A DNA stretch of 64,000 nt from Candidatus Thorarchaeota archaeon. Its GTDB lineage: Archaea; Asgardarchaeota; Thorarchaeia; Thorarchaeales; Thorarchaeaceae. Below, piece by piece: positions 39,102 through 49,348 of the stretch. Location: assembly GCA_046482545.1 (NCBI GenBank), contig JAWOEX010000045.1, positions 1 to 64,000 of the forward strand. Reading direction: 5' to 3'. Both the position numbers and the translations under genes were made by a program. Under the pieces are notes generated by a model that saw only the letters and a list, made by a program, of their open reading frames with translations, was not told the DNA's origin and made no database searches. Each line of letters starts with the position of its first letter. Position 1 is the stretch's first letter.

Positions 39102-39989
39102 TTATTTGACAGTTTCAACCCGGGTTTCTGTTTTTGAGGATCTTGAAGGCGAAGCAGCAGAATCTCCGTTTTTCACTTTAAGGAAATAGATCGCCATTAT
39201 TAACAGATAGAGGAGGTATACGGTGACTTCCAATGCTGATGGATTTCCGTTGTATCCAAAGATGCTCTTTGCCAAGCTTCCAATAATACCATCTTCATGT
39301 AATGGGTGGACAGCACCTCCCGGTAACGAGGGTGGATTTATGTTCCATATCTCGAGAGGGCCAATAATAAGAAAACCTGCTTCCTGTAATTCATGTATGC
39401 CATATGCCAACATTCCTGCTGCAAATAGAATGAGGATGATAGATGTCCACTTGAAGAATGCACTGAAGCTAAGTTCAAGGGATCCTCGATAAATCCCCAC
39501 GCCTACTGCAGTTGCAAGAATGAGCCCAAGAGTAAGCCCAACGTACGTCTGATACCCCTCCCGGATTGCTAGCGCTACCGTGAATAGAACTATTTCCACT
39601 CCTTCTCTGAGAACTAGCGCGAAGCTTAGTCCTATGAGCCCCCATCTCCCATTTTCTTGCAAGCTACTGGTCATCGACTCTTCAATATCCAAAGATATTT
39701 CCTTCCCTTTTCTCTGCATCCACACAATCATCGTCGTCAGCAGAAGTGCCGCGATGATAACCAGCACACCTTCAAAAATCTCTAGTACTACCTCTTCTAC
39801 ACTACCCCAGATTACTACTACTCCCGCTCCAATCAGAATACTCACGATACCGGCCAAAACGAGACCCGAAAAAACATAGATGTTCATTGCGGATTGATTC
39901 GATTTGCGGAGATACGCAAGCATAATCACTATGACCAAAGCTATCTCCAATCCTTCTCTCAGAGCAATCAACAGTACTGCTATCAACAA
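39102..39989 (-). CDS. FTR1-family iron permease
   Basis: Two REGLE/REGVE motifs, HELQEAG. Confidence 0.92.
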   Translation of the reverse strand: MLIAVLLIALREGLEIALVIVIMLAYLRKSNQSAMNIYVFSGLVLAGIVSILIGAGVVVIWGSVEEVVLEIFEGVLVIIAALLLTTMIVWMQRKGKEISLDIEESMTSSLQENGRWGLIGLSFALVLREGVEIVLFTVALAIREGYQTYVGLTLGLILATAVGVGIYRGSLELSFSAFFKWTSIILILFAAGMLAYGIHELQEAGFLIIGPLEIWNINPPSLPGGAVHPLHEDGIIGSLAKSIFGYNGNPSALEVTVYLLYLLIMAIYFLKVKNGDSAASPSRSSKTETRVETVK

Positions 39990-40191
39990 ATGCCACCAAT
40001 CCCGTTCTGTTACTAGTGTACGTTATGAATAACTATAGTTAATTACACTTATGCCTTTGGATATGGTTGTTACAATAATCTTTCCAAATGTATTCCGGTA
40101 ATTTTCTACATTGTCATAGTTTAGAACACGTGTTCCAAATTTTCGACTCTATCCGAGCCAACCTGCCTGTTCTTTTGCTCGAGTTCTTTCA

Positions 40192-41145
40192 TTACTCTTT
40201 GAGTGAACTTTGGATAGTCGCTTTCCTCTTGGCTTGGCTGATTTGGATCAGGGTGATACTCAGGCCCAGCATTGCGAGTCCGACCCAGTCAAGAACCCTA
40301 GGCATCTCTCCGAGAAACACAACAGAAAGAATGACGATTTGAGGCAACATTGTGCTATTGATTAGTGAAATATCAACCGCCCGTAGCACACGCATGGCTC
40401 TATTCCAAAGGGTAAAGGCAAGGGCGGTATTCACAACCGCAAGCCAGAGCACATAGATTATGCTAACTGGTGAGATGGGAACCACTCCTTCCAGAGTCAG
40501 ACCCGAAAGAAGCAGGACGCCTGAACCAATGGCCATACTGAGAGTGGTGATTACGACAGGATGGACTGCACTGTTTCTATTGATTTTTCTTCCCAAGAGA
40601 GACGATAACGCATTGGCTATTAATTCCGCTACTGCGATAAGCAAACCAAGGGCCTGAACTATTGGCAGGTTCATTGGATAGAAATAGATCAGAACACCTA
40701 CTAGTCCAACGACAATAAGTAGTAACTGCCCTTTGGTGGGGGTCTCGTTCAAGAATAGGATGCCCATAAAGAGTACTACGACGGGTGTAAGGTTGAGTAG
40801 CATAGATTCCGTAATAGCTGGAAGAAGAGATAACGCAACGAAGTGAGCTCCCTGTGTAACGGATACGAAAATCACTCCATAAATTGCAATTATCATCCAC
40901 CACTTTCTCTTTCTCCCGGCAATCTGCCCTCGATACTCTCCTTGAGATAACACAAAACCGAGGAGGACTACGGACGCTATAGAATATCGAAGTCCTGAGA
41001 AAAGGAGCGGCGGTAACTCCTCAAGACCGATTTTTATGATTACATACGATGACGACCAGAGGATAGTCACGAGCAGCGCTTCAAGCGATGCCATAATATG
41101 TTCCGTGGATAGACTGTTTTCTTTGGTTGCATGGAGATTGGACAC
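40192..41145 (-). CDS. DMT/EamA transporter
   Basis: Ten TM segments, ILWSSSY...PPLLFSGLRY, FLGE. Confidence 0.9.
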   Translation of the reverse strand: MSNLHATKENSLSTEHIMASLEALLVTILWSSSYVIIKIGLEELPPLLFSGLRYSIASVVLLGFVLSQGEYRGQIAGRKRKWWMIIAIYGVIFVSVTQGAHFVALSLLPAITESMLLNLTPVVVLFMGILFLNETPTKGQLLLIVVGLVGVLIYFYPMNLPIVQALGLLIAVAELIANALSSLLGRKINRNSAVHPVVITTLSMAIGSGVLLLSGLTLEGVVPISPVSIIYVLWLAVVNTALAFTLWNRAMRVLRAVDISLINSTMLPQIVILSVVFLGEMPRVLDWVGLAMLGLSITLIQISQAKRKATIQSSLKE

Positions 41146-41222
41146 TTTGCAGCCCCCATCTGAAAATACGAAGAGTTATGACTGGGATGAAGATTTACCC
41201 GTCATAAGACGGGTGTTTAATA

Positions 41223-41879
41223 GTGATCCGAAGCAGCTTTGCAATCAGCGCGCGTGACTATTATTCTTGTGAACTCACTCGCAAGATACCTGTTCGTGTC
41301 TTGATTGTAACGATCAATGGTCCCACTGGTTTTGGAATTGTTGAGAGTCTCAAAGGCGAAGAAGAATCTATTGAGAAATATGTAGAGGGTCTCCATCTTT
41401 CTAAAAGCATCACTGAGGTTTCTGTGACCTACAGGTCATCAACAGCCTACTGGACCAAGGTAACCCACGATTTGGAATTTCCATCAATCTACGAGACCAT
41501 CCTTGAGTGTGGTTCTATGACTAGACTCCCCATCATAATCCAAGAAGGCACTCAGAAACATTTAGTGTTATCCCCTTCGAGGGAACGCCTTCGAGTACTC
41601 CTGAAAACACTACGCGAACGGTTTACAACTGCTAGGATAAGGTTGCTCAAGACGACCCCTTCCAGCCCATTCGAGCCACTCCTCACCGATAAACAAATGG
41701 AAGCCTTCTCTGCAGCGTACAATGCCGGCTATTACGAGATTCCTCATCGTGTTACTGTGCGAGAATTAGCCAGCGATATCGGTATCAGTAGAGTAGCAAT
41801 GCAGGAGCGTTTGAGAAGGGCGGAAATTCGTATTGTAGAGTCCTTTACAAAAGGCCTAAGCCATCATTCCGAGTTATGA
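41223..41879 (+). CDS. Bat-like (HTH_10) transcription regulator
   Basis: LTDKQ...AYNAGYYEIPHRVTVRELA...ERLRRAE; divergent from the EamA gene. Confidence 0.88.
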   Translation: MIRSSFAISARDYYSCELTRKIPVRVLIVTINGPTGFGIVESLKGEEESIEKYVEGLHLSKSITEVSVTYRSSTAYWTKVTHDLEFPSIYETILECGSMTRLPIIIQEGTQKHLVLSPSRERLRVLLKTLRERFTTARIRLLKTTPSSPFEPLLTDKQMEAFSAAYNAGYYEIPHRVTVRELASDIGISRVAMQERLRRAEIRIVESFTKGLSHHSEL

Positions 41880-42048
41880 TCTCACAATGGGCGTAAGAGA
41901 TGCTGAACCATGGGGAACCCCATAATTGAAACTGGCAATCATGCTTATCGACGTGATTGGACCATTTTTCAAATCAATCGAAGGTCTAATCCAGTAGCTC
42001 TAGTAAAGGAATCTCTTGTTTTGAAAGAAGATCCGAATAATAAGAATG

Positions 42049-43224
42049 CTATTTTCGTAGAGCGGTTGTCAGAACTAAGAACGTGATTAGAGCAAAAATA
42101 GCACCGAAAAGAAATGGCAGCGTCACTCCGCCTATTATAAAGGCTATTCCCATGATTGTCGGGCCTAGTGTTTGCCCCCCTCTAAGTGCCATTCCATTGA
42201 GTGACATCACAGCTGCTCGATATTCCTCTGATGAGGCCTCGGCAAGGAGATTTTGTCTTGTTGGAATATTCATACCCTGTGCAGCTCCAAATATGGTAAG
42301 TGGAATGAGCATTACCCACAGGCTATTCACAAACGGAATCGTAAGCATCACCACAAAGTAGAGGAGGAAAGCTGTCTGCAGGAGTTTGATTCCATCATAT
42401 TTGTGTCCATACCTTGCCAGAAACCAAGATGTAAGACCTGTTGCTACAGAGACACTTGACATAACGATACCAATCACCAGCGACGAGGAACCATATTCCT
42501 CATCTAACAGAATAGGTACGTACGTCTGGTGTGCCCCATATAGCAGAATGAATGTCATGATGCTCACAAAAAGCATGACAATGACCTCGGCATTCTTGAT
42601 GCCGTTCCACGCATTTTTCAGATAGCCGTGGAACTCGGGTGCCCCCTGTGGTTCAATGTCATCCAACTTCAATAGCACCAGACCGGCTATGGGGATGGCG
42701 AAAATTGCCAAAAGGAACGGAAAATGCCAGTTGAGGGACGCAAGGGCACCACCAATAGAAGGATATGAAGCAGTTCCGATGCTCAGCACGCTTGCATTGT
42801 ATAACATGGCTTTCTTCTGTCTTTTGCCTGAATACAGGTCCCCAACAAGTGTTATTGTCAACGAGCCCAGAGCTGCGCCTCCCACTCCTTGAATGAACCG
42901 AAGTATCAATAGCATTAGAAATGATTCAGCAAATGCGCAAGCAGTTCCTGCGAACCCGAAAAGCAACAGGGATGGCACGAGTATTTGTTTTCTCCCAAAT
43001 CGATCGGCTAGTATACCCAATCCGAATGTTAGGAAGATTCCAGGCAAGGTGAAGACTGTAATCAACAAGCCAACTTGCTCGGGTCCTATTTGAAGTGCGC
43101 GAGATATTTTTGGCAAAGCGGGAGAAATGCTTGATACACCCAGCACAGCCATGAGAGTGATGCAATAAACAACTCTGATCTTTGCATCAAGATAAAGCGG
43201 CTCATCATTCATATTGAGGTACAC
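42049..43224 (-). CDS. MFS transporter
   Basis: GILADRFGRK motif A, LRFIQGVG. Confidence 0.92.
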   Translation of the reverse strand: MYLNMNDEPLYLDAKIRVVYCITLMAVLGVSSISPALPKISRALQIGPEQVGLLITVFTLPGIFLTFGLGILADRFGRKQILVPSLLLFGFAGTACAFAESFLMLLILRFIQGVGGAALGSLTITLVGDLYSGKRQKKAMLYNASVLSIGTASYPSIGGALASLNWHFPFLLAIFAIPIAGLVLLKLDDIEPQGAPEFHGYLKNAWNGIKNAEVIVMLFVSIMTFILLYGAHQTYVPILLDEEYGSSSLVIGIVMSSVSVATGLTSWFLARYGHKYDGIKLLQTAFLLYFVVMLTIPFVNSLWVMLIPLTIFGAAQGMNIPTRQNLLAEASSEEYRAAVMSLNGMALRGGQTLGPTIMGIAFIIGGVTLPFLFGAIFALITFLVLTTALRK

Positions 43225-43902
43225 CTTGAAACAGCCTTATGGCCGGCGAAATTGGGCATATATTGCATTACGTATTTCGCCGGCATCTTACCCTAATAAT
43301 AGACTAGTGGTAGATGATATACCTGCAAACTTCAATTCTGCTCCAACATGAACCCTCATATTCTTCCGAATTGCCTACGAAACGCACTCATTGAATGGGT
43401 TGAAGAACTGCCTATCTTCAGGGAGAGTGAACCGACTGCGGCAAGAGACTGAAGACGACAAAGACGCGTCTACAACTGAGAACATCTTAGGAGTAATGGC
43501 TGATAAGATGCCCACTCCTGAGAAAGCTACTGAAAATGCAATATCTCTGAAGAATTGTTCACGCGTGTTAGCTCCAGGGTTAATTCCAATCTCTTCCTAG
43601 GTACATTCAAACTCCCAAGGGGGCATGGAATGGTGGCTTAAGATGCTTGAAGAAAGGCTCGACTTACTTGGGGTAGAGGAGGTTAGCATCACTATTGCGA
43701 ATCGCTTAGAGTATCCCGGCACATTTTGAATGAAGTTGTCCGAGAAACTAGGAGAAACGGCGCCTTTTAGTGCAAAATGTGCATAATGACCGCAAGGGGG
43801 GAAGGCCAGCTGTAAGGGTTACCCTACTACAGTCTCTTGCGATCAGTAGCTTGGTTGCCCCTTATGACCCCTCAATCCGAAAACCCGCCGCTGCTGCGAT
43901 AA

Positions 43903-44418
43903 CTAAAAGGTCCCTTCTTCGTTGAGAACGAATCGGAAAAGGTAAACAAGTATTCCAATAAGGAAGCCTATCGTGCAGAATGTATAGATCCCGCTCGCAG
44001 ATACAAGACCGTACAGGGGATTCCCAAGGAGTGGGAAGAACGGATTCATTTCAGCATACAGAAACGCATCCAGTAACACATGTAAGTAGGTTCCGAATAG
44101 ACTTGTGTAAATCAACCTGCCAACTTTCATATCTTGTTGTATTTTGAAAAGAGAGAAGATTTCTTGAACAGGCATTTTCAAGATGTAAATCAAAAGGGCC
44201 GCTAATATCCCCATGACCGTTGCTCCCAATAATGTGTGCAGGATGCTATGTAATGGTCCCGGAAAACCAAGAAAGATCACCCCGAATGGTTCTATGTCAA
44301 TTATTATACTGGAAAGCAAGAGTGCGGCAACATCAAAGAACGGGAAAAAGAGAAAGGCGAACAACATCGCAGGGCCAAAGTGAAACGGTGTGAACGGCAT
44401 TTCTAGGACAACATCCAT
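43903..44418 (-). CDS. Membrane-bound metal-dependent hydrolase-like protein
   Basis: MPFTPFHFGP, DIEP, LHSILHT, HVLLDA, NPFFP. Confidence 0.8.
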   Translation of the reverse strand: MDVVLEMPFTPFHFGPAMLFAFLFFPFFDVAALLLSSIIIDIEPFGVIFLGFPGPLHSILHTLLGATVMGILAALLIYILKMPVQEIFSLFKIQQDMKVGRLIYTSLFGTYLHVLLDAFLYAEMNPFFPLLGNPLYGLVSASGIYTFCTIGFLIGILVYLFRFVLNEEGTF

Positions 44419-44565
44419 GAATTGCTTGAATCGTCTAAAAGTGAAACTCTATCGCTTATCATCTTTTGCTACGATGGAGGGCCTTGGGATACTGAGATTT
44501 GATACCCTCTGGCCCCTCAAGGTGCCGCTTTTGATACATTTTAATAGCTGTTCAAGTATACAAAT

Positions 44566-44907
44566 ATGTTGGTGAAGACGTTGGAACCCCGAACAGAATC
44601 AATAACCACAGCCCCGGAGCTTGAACCTGAAGAAATTACCGAGATTGTGAAGATTTTCAAAGCGCTAGCGGATAGCTCAAGATTACAGATTATCAACACT
44701 CTGGCCGAAGATAGGCGTCTTTGTGTATCAGATATCGCAGAACAATTAGAGATGTCAGTAAGCAATGTAAGCCATCATCTGGGCAAACTTGATGATCTCG
44801 ATTTTGTTAGTTACAAGAAGCAAGGTAAGGAAGTCTACTACCGCCTTGATGACGAGTGTATCCGAGACATTCTCTGGAGAGCTAGAGACCATGTCTGCGG
44901 ACTCTGA
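44566..44907 (+). CDS. ArsR/SmtB (CadC-like) repressor
   Basis: FKALADSSRLQI, LCVSDIA, VSHHL, VYYRL. Confidence 0.92.
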   Translation: MLVKTLEPRTESITTAPELEPEEITEIVKIFKALADSSRLQIINTLAEDRRLCVSDIAEQLEMSVSNVSHHLGKLDDLDFVSYKKQGKEVYYRLDDECIRDILWRARDHVCGL

Positions 44908-46798
44908 TGCTTATTGTGCCTATTGTGCAGCCCAAGAGGCCAAAAGCACCCCTTCTGATTTCAAGTACAAGTATTCTATTATTGTGCTGTCAGCGATTGC
45001 ACTTGGCATTGGTGTCATGCTGGAGCTTGCTTCGCTTCCAATGCAAATTTACTATGTTGCATACATCATTTCTATGCTCTCAGCTGGCCGTTGGGTCATT
45101 CCAGCCGGGCTACGAGGTGCGGCAAGAGCACATCTGGACATCAGTTTCCTTATGACTTTTGCATCCATAGGTGCTATGCTCATTGGTGCTCCTGCTGAAG
45201 GTGCATCGGTTATGTTATTGTTCTTCATAGCAGAGGTTCTTGAAGAGAAGTCCAGTGAACGAGTACGGACTGAAATTGAAGATTTACTTGAATTGAAAAC
45301 TCCAAGTATCACAATAAAGACTCCTGAGGGTGAGAAATGTGCATCTCCTGAAGATATTGAGGTTGGAGAAATCATGGCTGTTCGGCCAGGAGAGAGAATT
45401 GGACTAGATGGTACAGTAGTTCGCGGTTCCTCCGCTGTGAACCAAGCGCCGATAACAGGAGAATCTGTGCCGGTGAGCAAGGAAGTGGGTGATGAGGTCT
45501 ATGCCGGCACCATCAACGAGAAGGGTTACTTAGAGATTGAAGTTACCAAAGAATCCGGCGATACTGTTCTGTCTAAGATTATTGATTATGTTGAACATGC
45601 ACGGAAGGAGAAGGCGCCCGCTGAACTGACAGTAAACAAGTTCTCCCATATCTATACTCCTGCTGTCGTAGGCTTCTCATTAGCTCTTACTATGATTAGC
45701 TTCTTGTTTGGTTTATCTCTTCCTGAGGCGGTCTATCGTGGTCTATCGTTACTTGTCATATCTTGTCCTTGTGCGTTCGCCATTTCCATTCCAGTCAGCA
45801 TGGTGTCCTCCATAACAGGTTCGGCAAGGGATGGCGTTCTTGTGAAGGGTTCAAAATACATCGAACAGTTGAGCAAAACCAAGACTGTGGCCTTTGATAA
45901 GACAGGAACGCTCACTCAGGCCAAATTAGAAGTCAAAGACATTCACGCTGTTAATGTCAGTGAAGAAGAGGTTCTCGCGGTAGCGGCATCCTTGGAACGT
46001 ATGTCTGAGCATCCTATCGCTGAGACCATTGTTAAGGAATCCAACAATCAAGAACTCAATCTCAGGACTGCATACAATTTCAGATCGCTACCTGGGAGAG
46101 GTATTCGTGCGCAAATTGACGGTGCTGTTTATCTTGTTGGAAATCGCAGGTTGATGGAAGAAGAATCAGTTGCCATATCATCCCAGGAAATGGGCACTCT
46201 AAGTGTAGGAACGTACGTATATGTGGCCAAGCAATCAGAACACATAGGAACATTGGTTCTTGCGGATGCCTTGCGCCCTGAGAGTAAAGCCACCATTGAA
46301 GCGTTAAGAGAGAAGGGCATACGAACCATCATGCTGACCGGCGATCACGCCGAGGTAGCAAGTGAGATAGGGACCGAATTAGGGATTGATGAATGGCGAG
46401 CAGAACTGCTCCCTCATGAGAAAGTTGAGGCTGTGAAAGAGCTTGGCAAGGACGGTCCTATTATCATGGTAGGTGATGGGATCAATGATGCACCTGCTAT
46501 GGCCGCAGCAGATGCAGGGATCTCAATGGGCGTCATATCAAGTGATATTGCCCTTGAAACCTCAGATATTGCGCTTATGGAAGATGACCTTTCTAGGATT
46601 CCTGAGCTTCTGGAGCGCTCGAAGAAGACCATGGGCATTGTTCGGAATAACGTCACCATCTCCATTGCAACAAAAGCGATATTGGGCGCACTGGCTATTC
46701 CTGGTTTGGTAAGTCTCTGGATTGCAATCGGTGTAGGCGATATGGGCATAACACTAGCAGTTATAGCTAATGCTCTCAGGTTGGCAGTGCGTCATTGA
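44891..46798 (+). CDS. zntA: Heavy-metal (Zn/Cd) P1B-type ATPase
   Basis: TGES, CPC, DKTGT, SEHP, GDGINDAP; N-terminal CAYC; likely start at ATG 44891. Confidence 0.92.
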   Translation: MSADSDAYCAYCAAQEAKSTPSDFKYKYSIIVLSAIALGIGVMLELASLPMQIYYVAYIISMLSAGRWVIPAGLRGAARAHLDISFLMTFASIGAMLIGAPAEGASVMLLFFIAEVLEEKSSERVRTEIEDLLELKTPSITIKTPEGEKCASPEDIEVGEIMAVRPGERIGLDGTVVRGSSAVNQAPITGESVPVSKEVGDEVYAGTINEKGYLEIEVTKESGDTVLSKIIDYVEHARKEKAPAELTVNKFSHIYTPAVVGFSLALTMISFLFGLSLPEAVYRGLSLLVISCPCAFAISIPVSMVSSITGSARDGVLVKGSKYIEQLSKTKTVAFDKTGTLTQAKLEVKDIHAVNVSEEEVLAVAASLERMSEHPIAETIVKESNNQELNLRTAYNFRSLPGRGIRAQIDGAVYLVGNRRLMEEESVAISSQEMGTLSVGTYVYVAKQSEHIGTLVLADALRPESKATIEALREKGIRTIMLTGDHAEVASEIGTELGIDEWRAELLPHEKVEAVKELGKDGPIIMVGDGINDAPAMAAADAGISMGVISSDIALETSDIALMEDDLSRIPELLERSKKTMGIVRNNVTISIATKAILGALAIPGLVSLWIAIGVGDMGITLAVIANALRLAVRH

Positions 46799-46895
46799 CA
46801 TTCATACACCTTGCCTTCCACGTTACCTTAATGAGCTTCAATTGTCATCAATTGGTGGAAGCAGCTTGGACGGTGACTTTCCAGGGGTACTCTGG

Positions 46896-47669
46896 ATGAC
46901 TCAAAATAAAGCGGACAATGATGAATTAGAGTGGCACGAAATGAAAGATATGTGGCAGTTGATGGCCCCAGTCGTATTTCCCCCGGGATTGCTTGACATG
47001 ACGAAATCTGAGGTTACGGGTTTGATCGAACTATTGGATATAGAAAAGAGTAACCGGATTTTGGACCTGTGCTGTGGATATGGAAGGCATGCCCTTGAGC
47101 TATCGAGGCGAGGTTACGATGTTGTCGGTGTGGACATCAACGAGCACTTCATTGAACAGGCAAGTGAAGCAGCCTCCGAAGAAGGCCTACCAGTAGAGTT
47201 TCGAATGGGGGACATGCGTGAATTCTGCGAACCCGAGTCTTTTGATGCTGCAATCAACATGTACGGCTCTTTTGGCTACTTCGCAGATTACAGTGATGAA
47301 CTACTTGTCCTAAGAAATATCTACAAGTCATTGTGCACTCCGGGGAAGCTGCTCATTGATCTCTGGGGCAAGGAAATCGTGTTGGAACTATTTCCAAGGG
47401 CAAGTGAGATAGAGTCGGAACGCGGCCTTCATGTTATTGAGAGCGACATAATCGATAACGAATCAAAGTTGGAGACTACTTGGAACTTGCTTGACAAGGA
47501 TGGCACGTGGCACGAATGGACTTCTGTTCAGAATCTGTATTCCGCTGCTGAGCTCGCGGATATGCTGGAGGAATGCGGTTTCTCGGGAATGAACGCCTAT
47601 GGCAGTTTCAAGGGAACCGAATACAATGAACATGCCGAGCGGCTTGTAATGACTGCCTTGAAAGAATAG
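46896..47669 (+). CDS. Class I SAM-dependent methyltransferase
   Basis: LDLCCGYGRH, GDMR, SFGYF. Confidence 0.88.
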   Translation: MTQNKADNDELEWHEMKDMWQLMAPVVFPPGLLDMTKSEVTGLIELLDIEKSNRILDLCCGYGRHALELSRRGYDVVGVDINEHFIEQASEAASEEGLPVEFRMGDMREFCEPESFDAAINMYGSFGYFADYSDELLVLRNIYKSLCTPGKLLIDLWGKEIVLELFPRASEIESERGLHVIESDIIDNESKLETTWNLLDKDGTWHEWTSVQNLYSAAELADMLEECGFSGMNAYGSFKGTEYNEHAERLVMTALKE

Positions 47670-47742
47670 AATCAGCTTATGAGGTAAACCAAAGTGTCTT
47701 AAAGCAGTGAAGGCTCCTTAAAAGTACAGGACGTGATTAAAA

Positions 47743-48051
47743 ATGCCCGAATTCGCAGACCCTTTTTCTGGATTAGCAAATGATCGAAAACTTAGCCATT
47801 CCGAACTTGTTCGCGCAATCAGATACATGATTTCAGCCGAGTACGAGGCCATACAACTCTATGTTCAACTTGCTGAGTCAACCGATAACGAACTGGCGAA
47901 AGAAGTACTGATTGATATTGCAGACGAGGAAAGGGTTCATGCCGGTGAATTCCTACGTCTACTCTATCATCTTGAGCCCGACGAGCAGGATTTCTATGCG
48001 GAAGGCATAGAAGAGGTAGAAGAGGAGATTGAAGAGTTAGGACTGGAATAG
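47743..48051 (+). CDS. Encapsulated-ferritin-like protein (EncFtn/Flp family)
   Basis: AEYEAIQLY, IADEERVHAGEF ferroxidase motifs. Confidence 0.85.
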   Translation: MPEFADPFSGLANDRKLSHSELVRAIRYMISAEYEAIQLYVQLAESTDNELAKEVLIDIADEERVHAGEFLRLLYHLEPDEQDFYAEGIEEVEEEIEELGLE

Positions 48052-48148
48052 TCATGTGACTACAGAGGAGAGGCACTGCCCTCTCTCACTTTTTGTGCCT
48101 CCATAACGTTATGTTTTTCATCTCATGCTCTGATTTTGGGTACCAACC

Positions 48149-49324
48149 TTGCCTGATGAACATATCATCTCTGAGCTAAAGCAGGACATTGCCTGCTTAC
48201 GCGTAAATAACCTTAGACAACGGATTACTTCCATATGTAGAGCTGGAAACGAAGGACAGGTCATTGAAGCCGTGAATGCCCTCTCTCAGAAAGAATTCAA
48301 AGACCGTTGGGGCTTTCTAAGACGTGTTCTTTTCGAAGCTCTGAACATACCTAATCTCAGCTGTATTGATAGGAATCCAATCAGCATACTAGTATCAGCA
48401 TTAGATGATGCTGGGTCCAATTTCCTTTCTCACATTGAAGAGGTAACAATGACCTCTCTCAGAAAACAGGTGGAACTGGGTAACACTTTCTTCATTGATA
48501 TAGAGAAACTCAGAAAGACACAAGCGGCAATTCTCATTCCGGAAATAGCTTCAACAAGGATTGAGAAACTGCGAGACATTTGCAGAGACAGTTTCGACCC
48601 TCGAAAATTCGTACAGACTTACTATGGTTTCAAACTCGTATCTTCCCGGGTTCGCAATGGGACCTTTGCCAAGGAACTACCTGGCGTTCTTGAAAAGTTG
48701 GGGGTGACAGTGCCGTCGGATATTTGTACTACCGTCTTCGATTTTGATACCGCGGGTCTAGAATTCGATAATGTTTCAGCTAGAACGCACGAGCTTCTCT
48801 GCGAAATACTTCGTCTCACCGGAAACAACTCCGGGGAACGGGCGAAGGCTGCTGAAACTCTGGGGATAATTGGTGATCCCCGTGCAGAACCGTATATCCG
48901 TGCGGCCACACAAGACAGGTATGTTTGGGTGAAAAAAGCAGCAATAGAGGCACTCGGAAAAATCCGGTTATCATCAAGCATTGATGCGCTGGTAGAGTGT
49001 CTCTATGATTTGGAGTCAAGTGTACGAGAAAAGGCTGCACGCAATCTTCCTTATTTTGGGAATGAAGTAGTTCCGCAGCTTGTCAGCGTGCTAGATCATG
49101 ATAGACAAGTACATTTCGAAAATGCCCTTGAGGAGGCCGAAGCATCCCATCCTCGCTCTCTGGACACTTTTGCTGCTGCTTTGTTGAACCGAAATTCAGA
49201 AGCAAAGCGGCTCGCCAGAGAAGTCTTGAGCGAACTCAATCATTCGGCTGAAGATAAGATAGGATTAAGCGGTTCAAATACAACCCTGAGTCAAACTAAT
49301 TCCCTTTCTGAGCCGATTGACTAG
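48149..49324 (+). CDS. HEAT-repeat (PBS lyase-like) protein
   Basis: AAETLGIIGD, VKKAAIEALGKI, VREKAARNL. Confidence 0.8.
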   Translation: MPDEHIISELKQDIACLRVNNLRQRITSICRAGNEGQVIEAVNALSQKEFKDRWGFLRRVLFEALNIPNLSCIDRNPISILVSALDDAGSNFLSHIEEVTMTSLRKQVELGNTFFIDIEKLRKTQAAILIPEIASTRIEKLRDICRDSFDPRKFVQTYYGFKLVSSRVRNGTFAKELPGVLEKLGVTVPSDICTTVFDFDTAGLEFDNVSARTHELLCEILRLTGNNSGERAKAAETLGIIGDPRAEPYIRAATQDRYVWVKKAAIEALGKIRLSSSIDALVECLYDLESSVREKAARNLPYFGNEVVPQLVSVLDHDRQVHFENALEEAEASHPRSLDTFAAALLNRNSEAKRLAREVLSELNHSAEDKIGLSGSNTTLSQTNSLSEPID

Positions 49325-49348
49325 TGGGCACCTTACTTGCCAGAAAAC

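Noticed and set aside
43300-43790. Broken reading frames upstream of the MFS gene
   Set aside because: Possibly a decayed gene, but no family can be assigned from the sequence.
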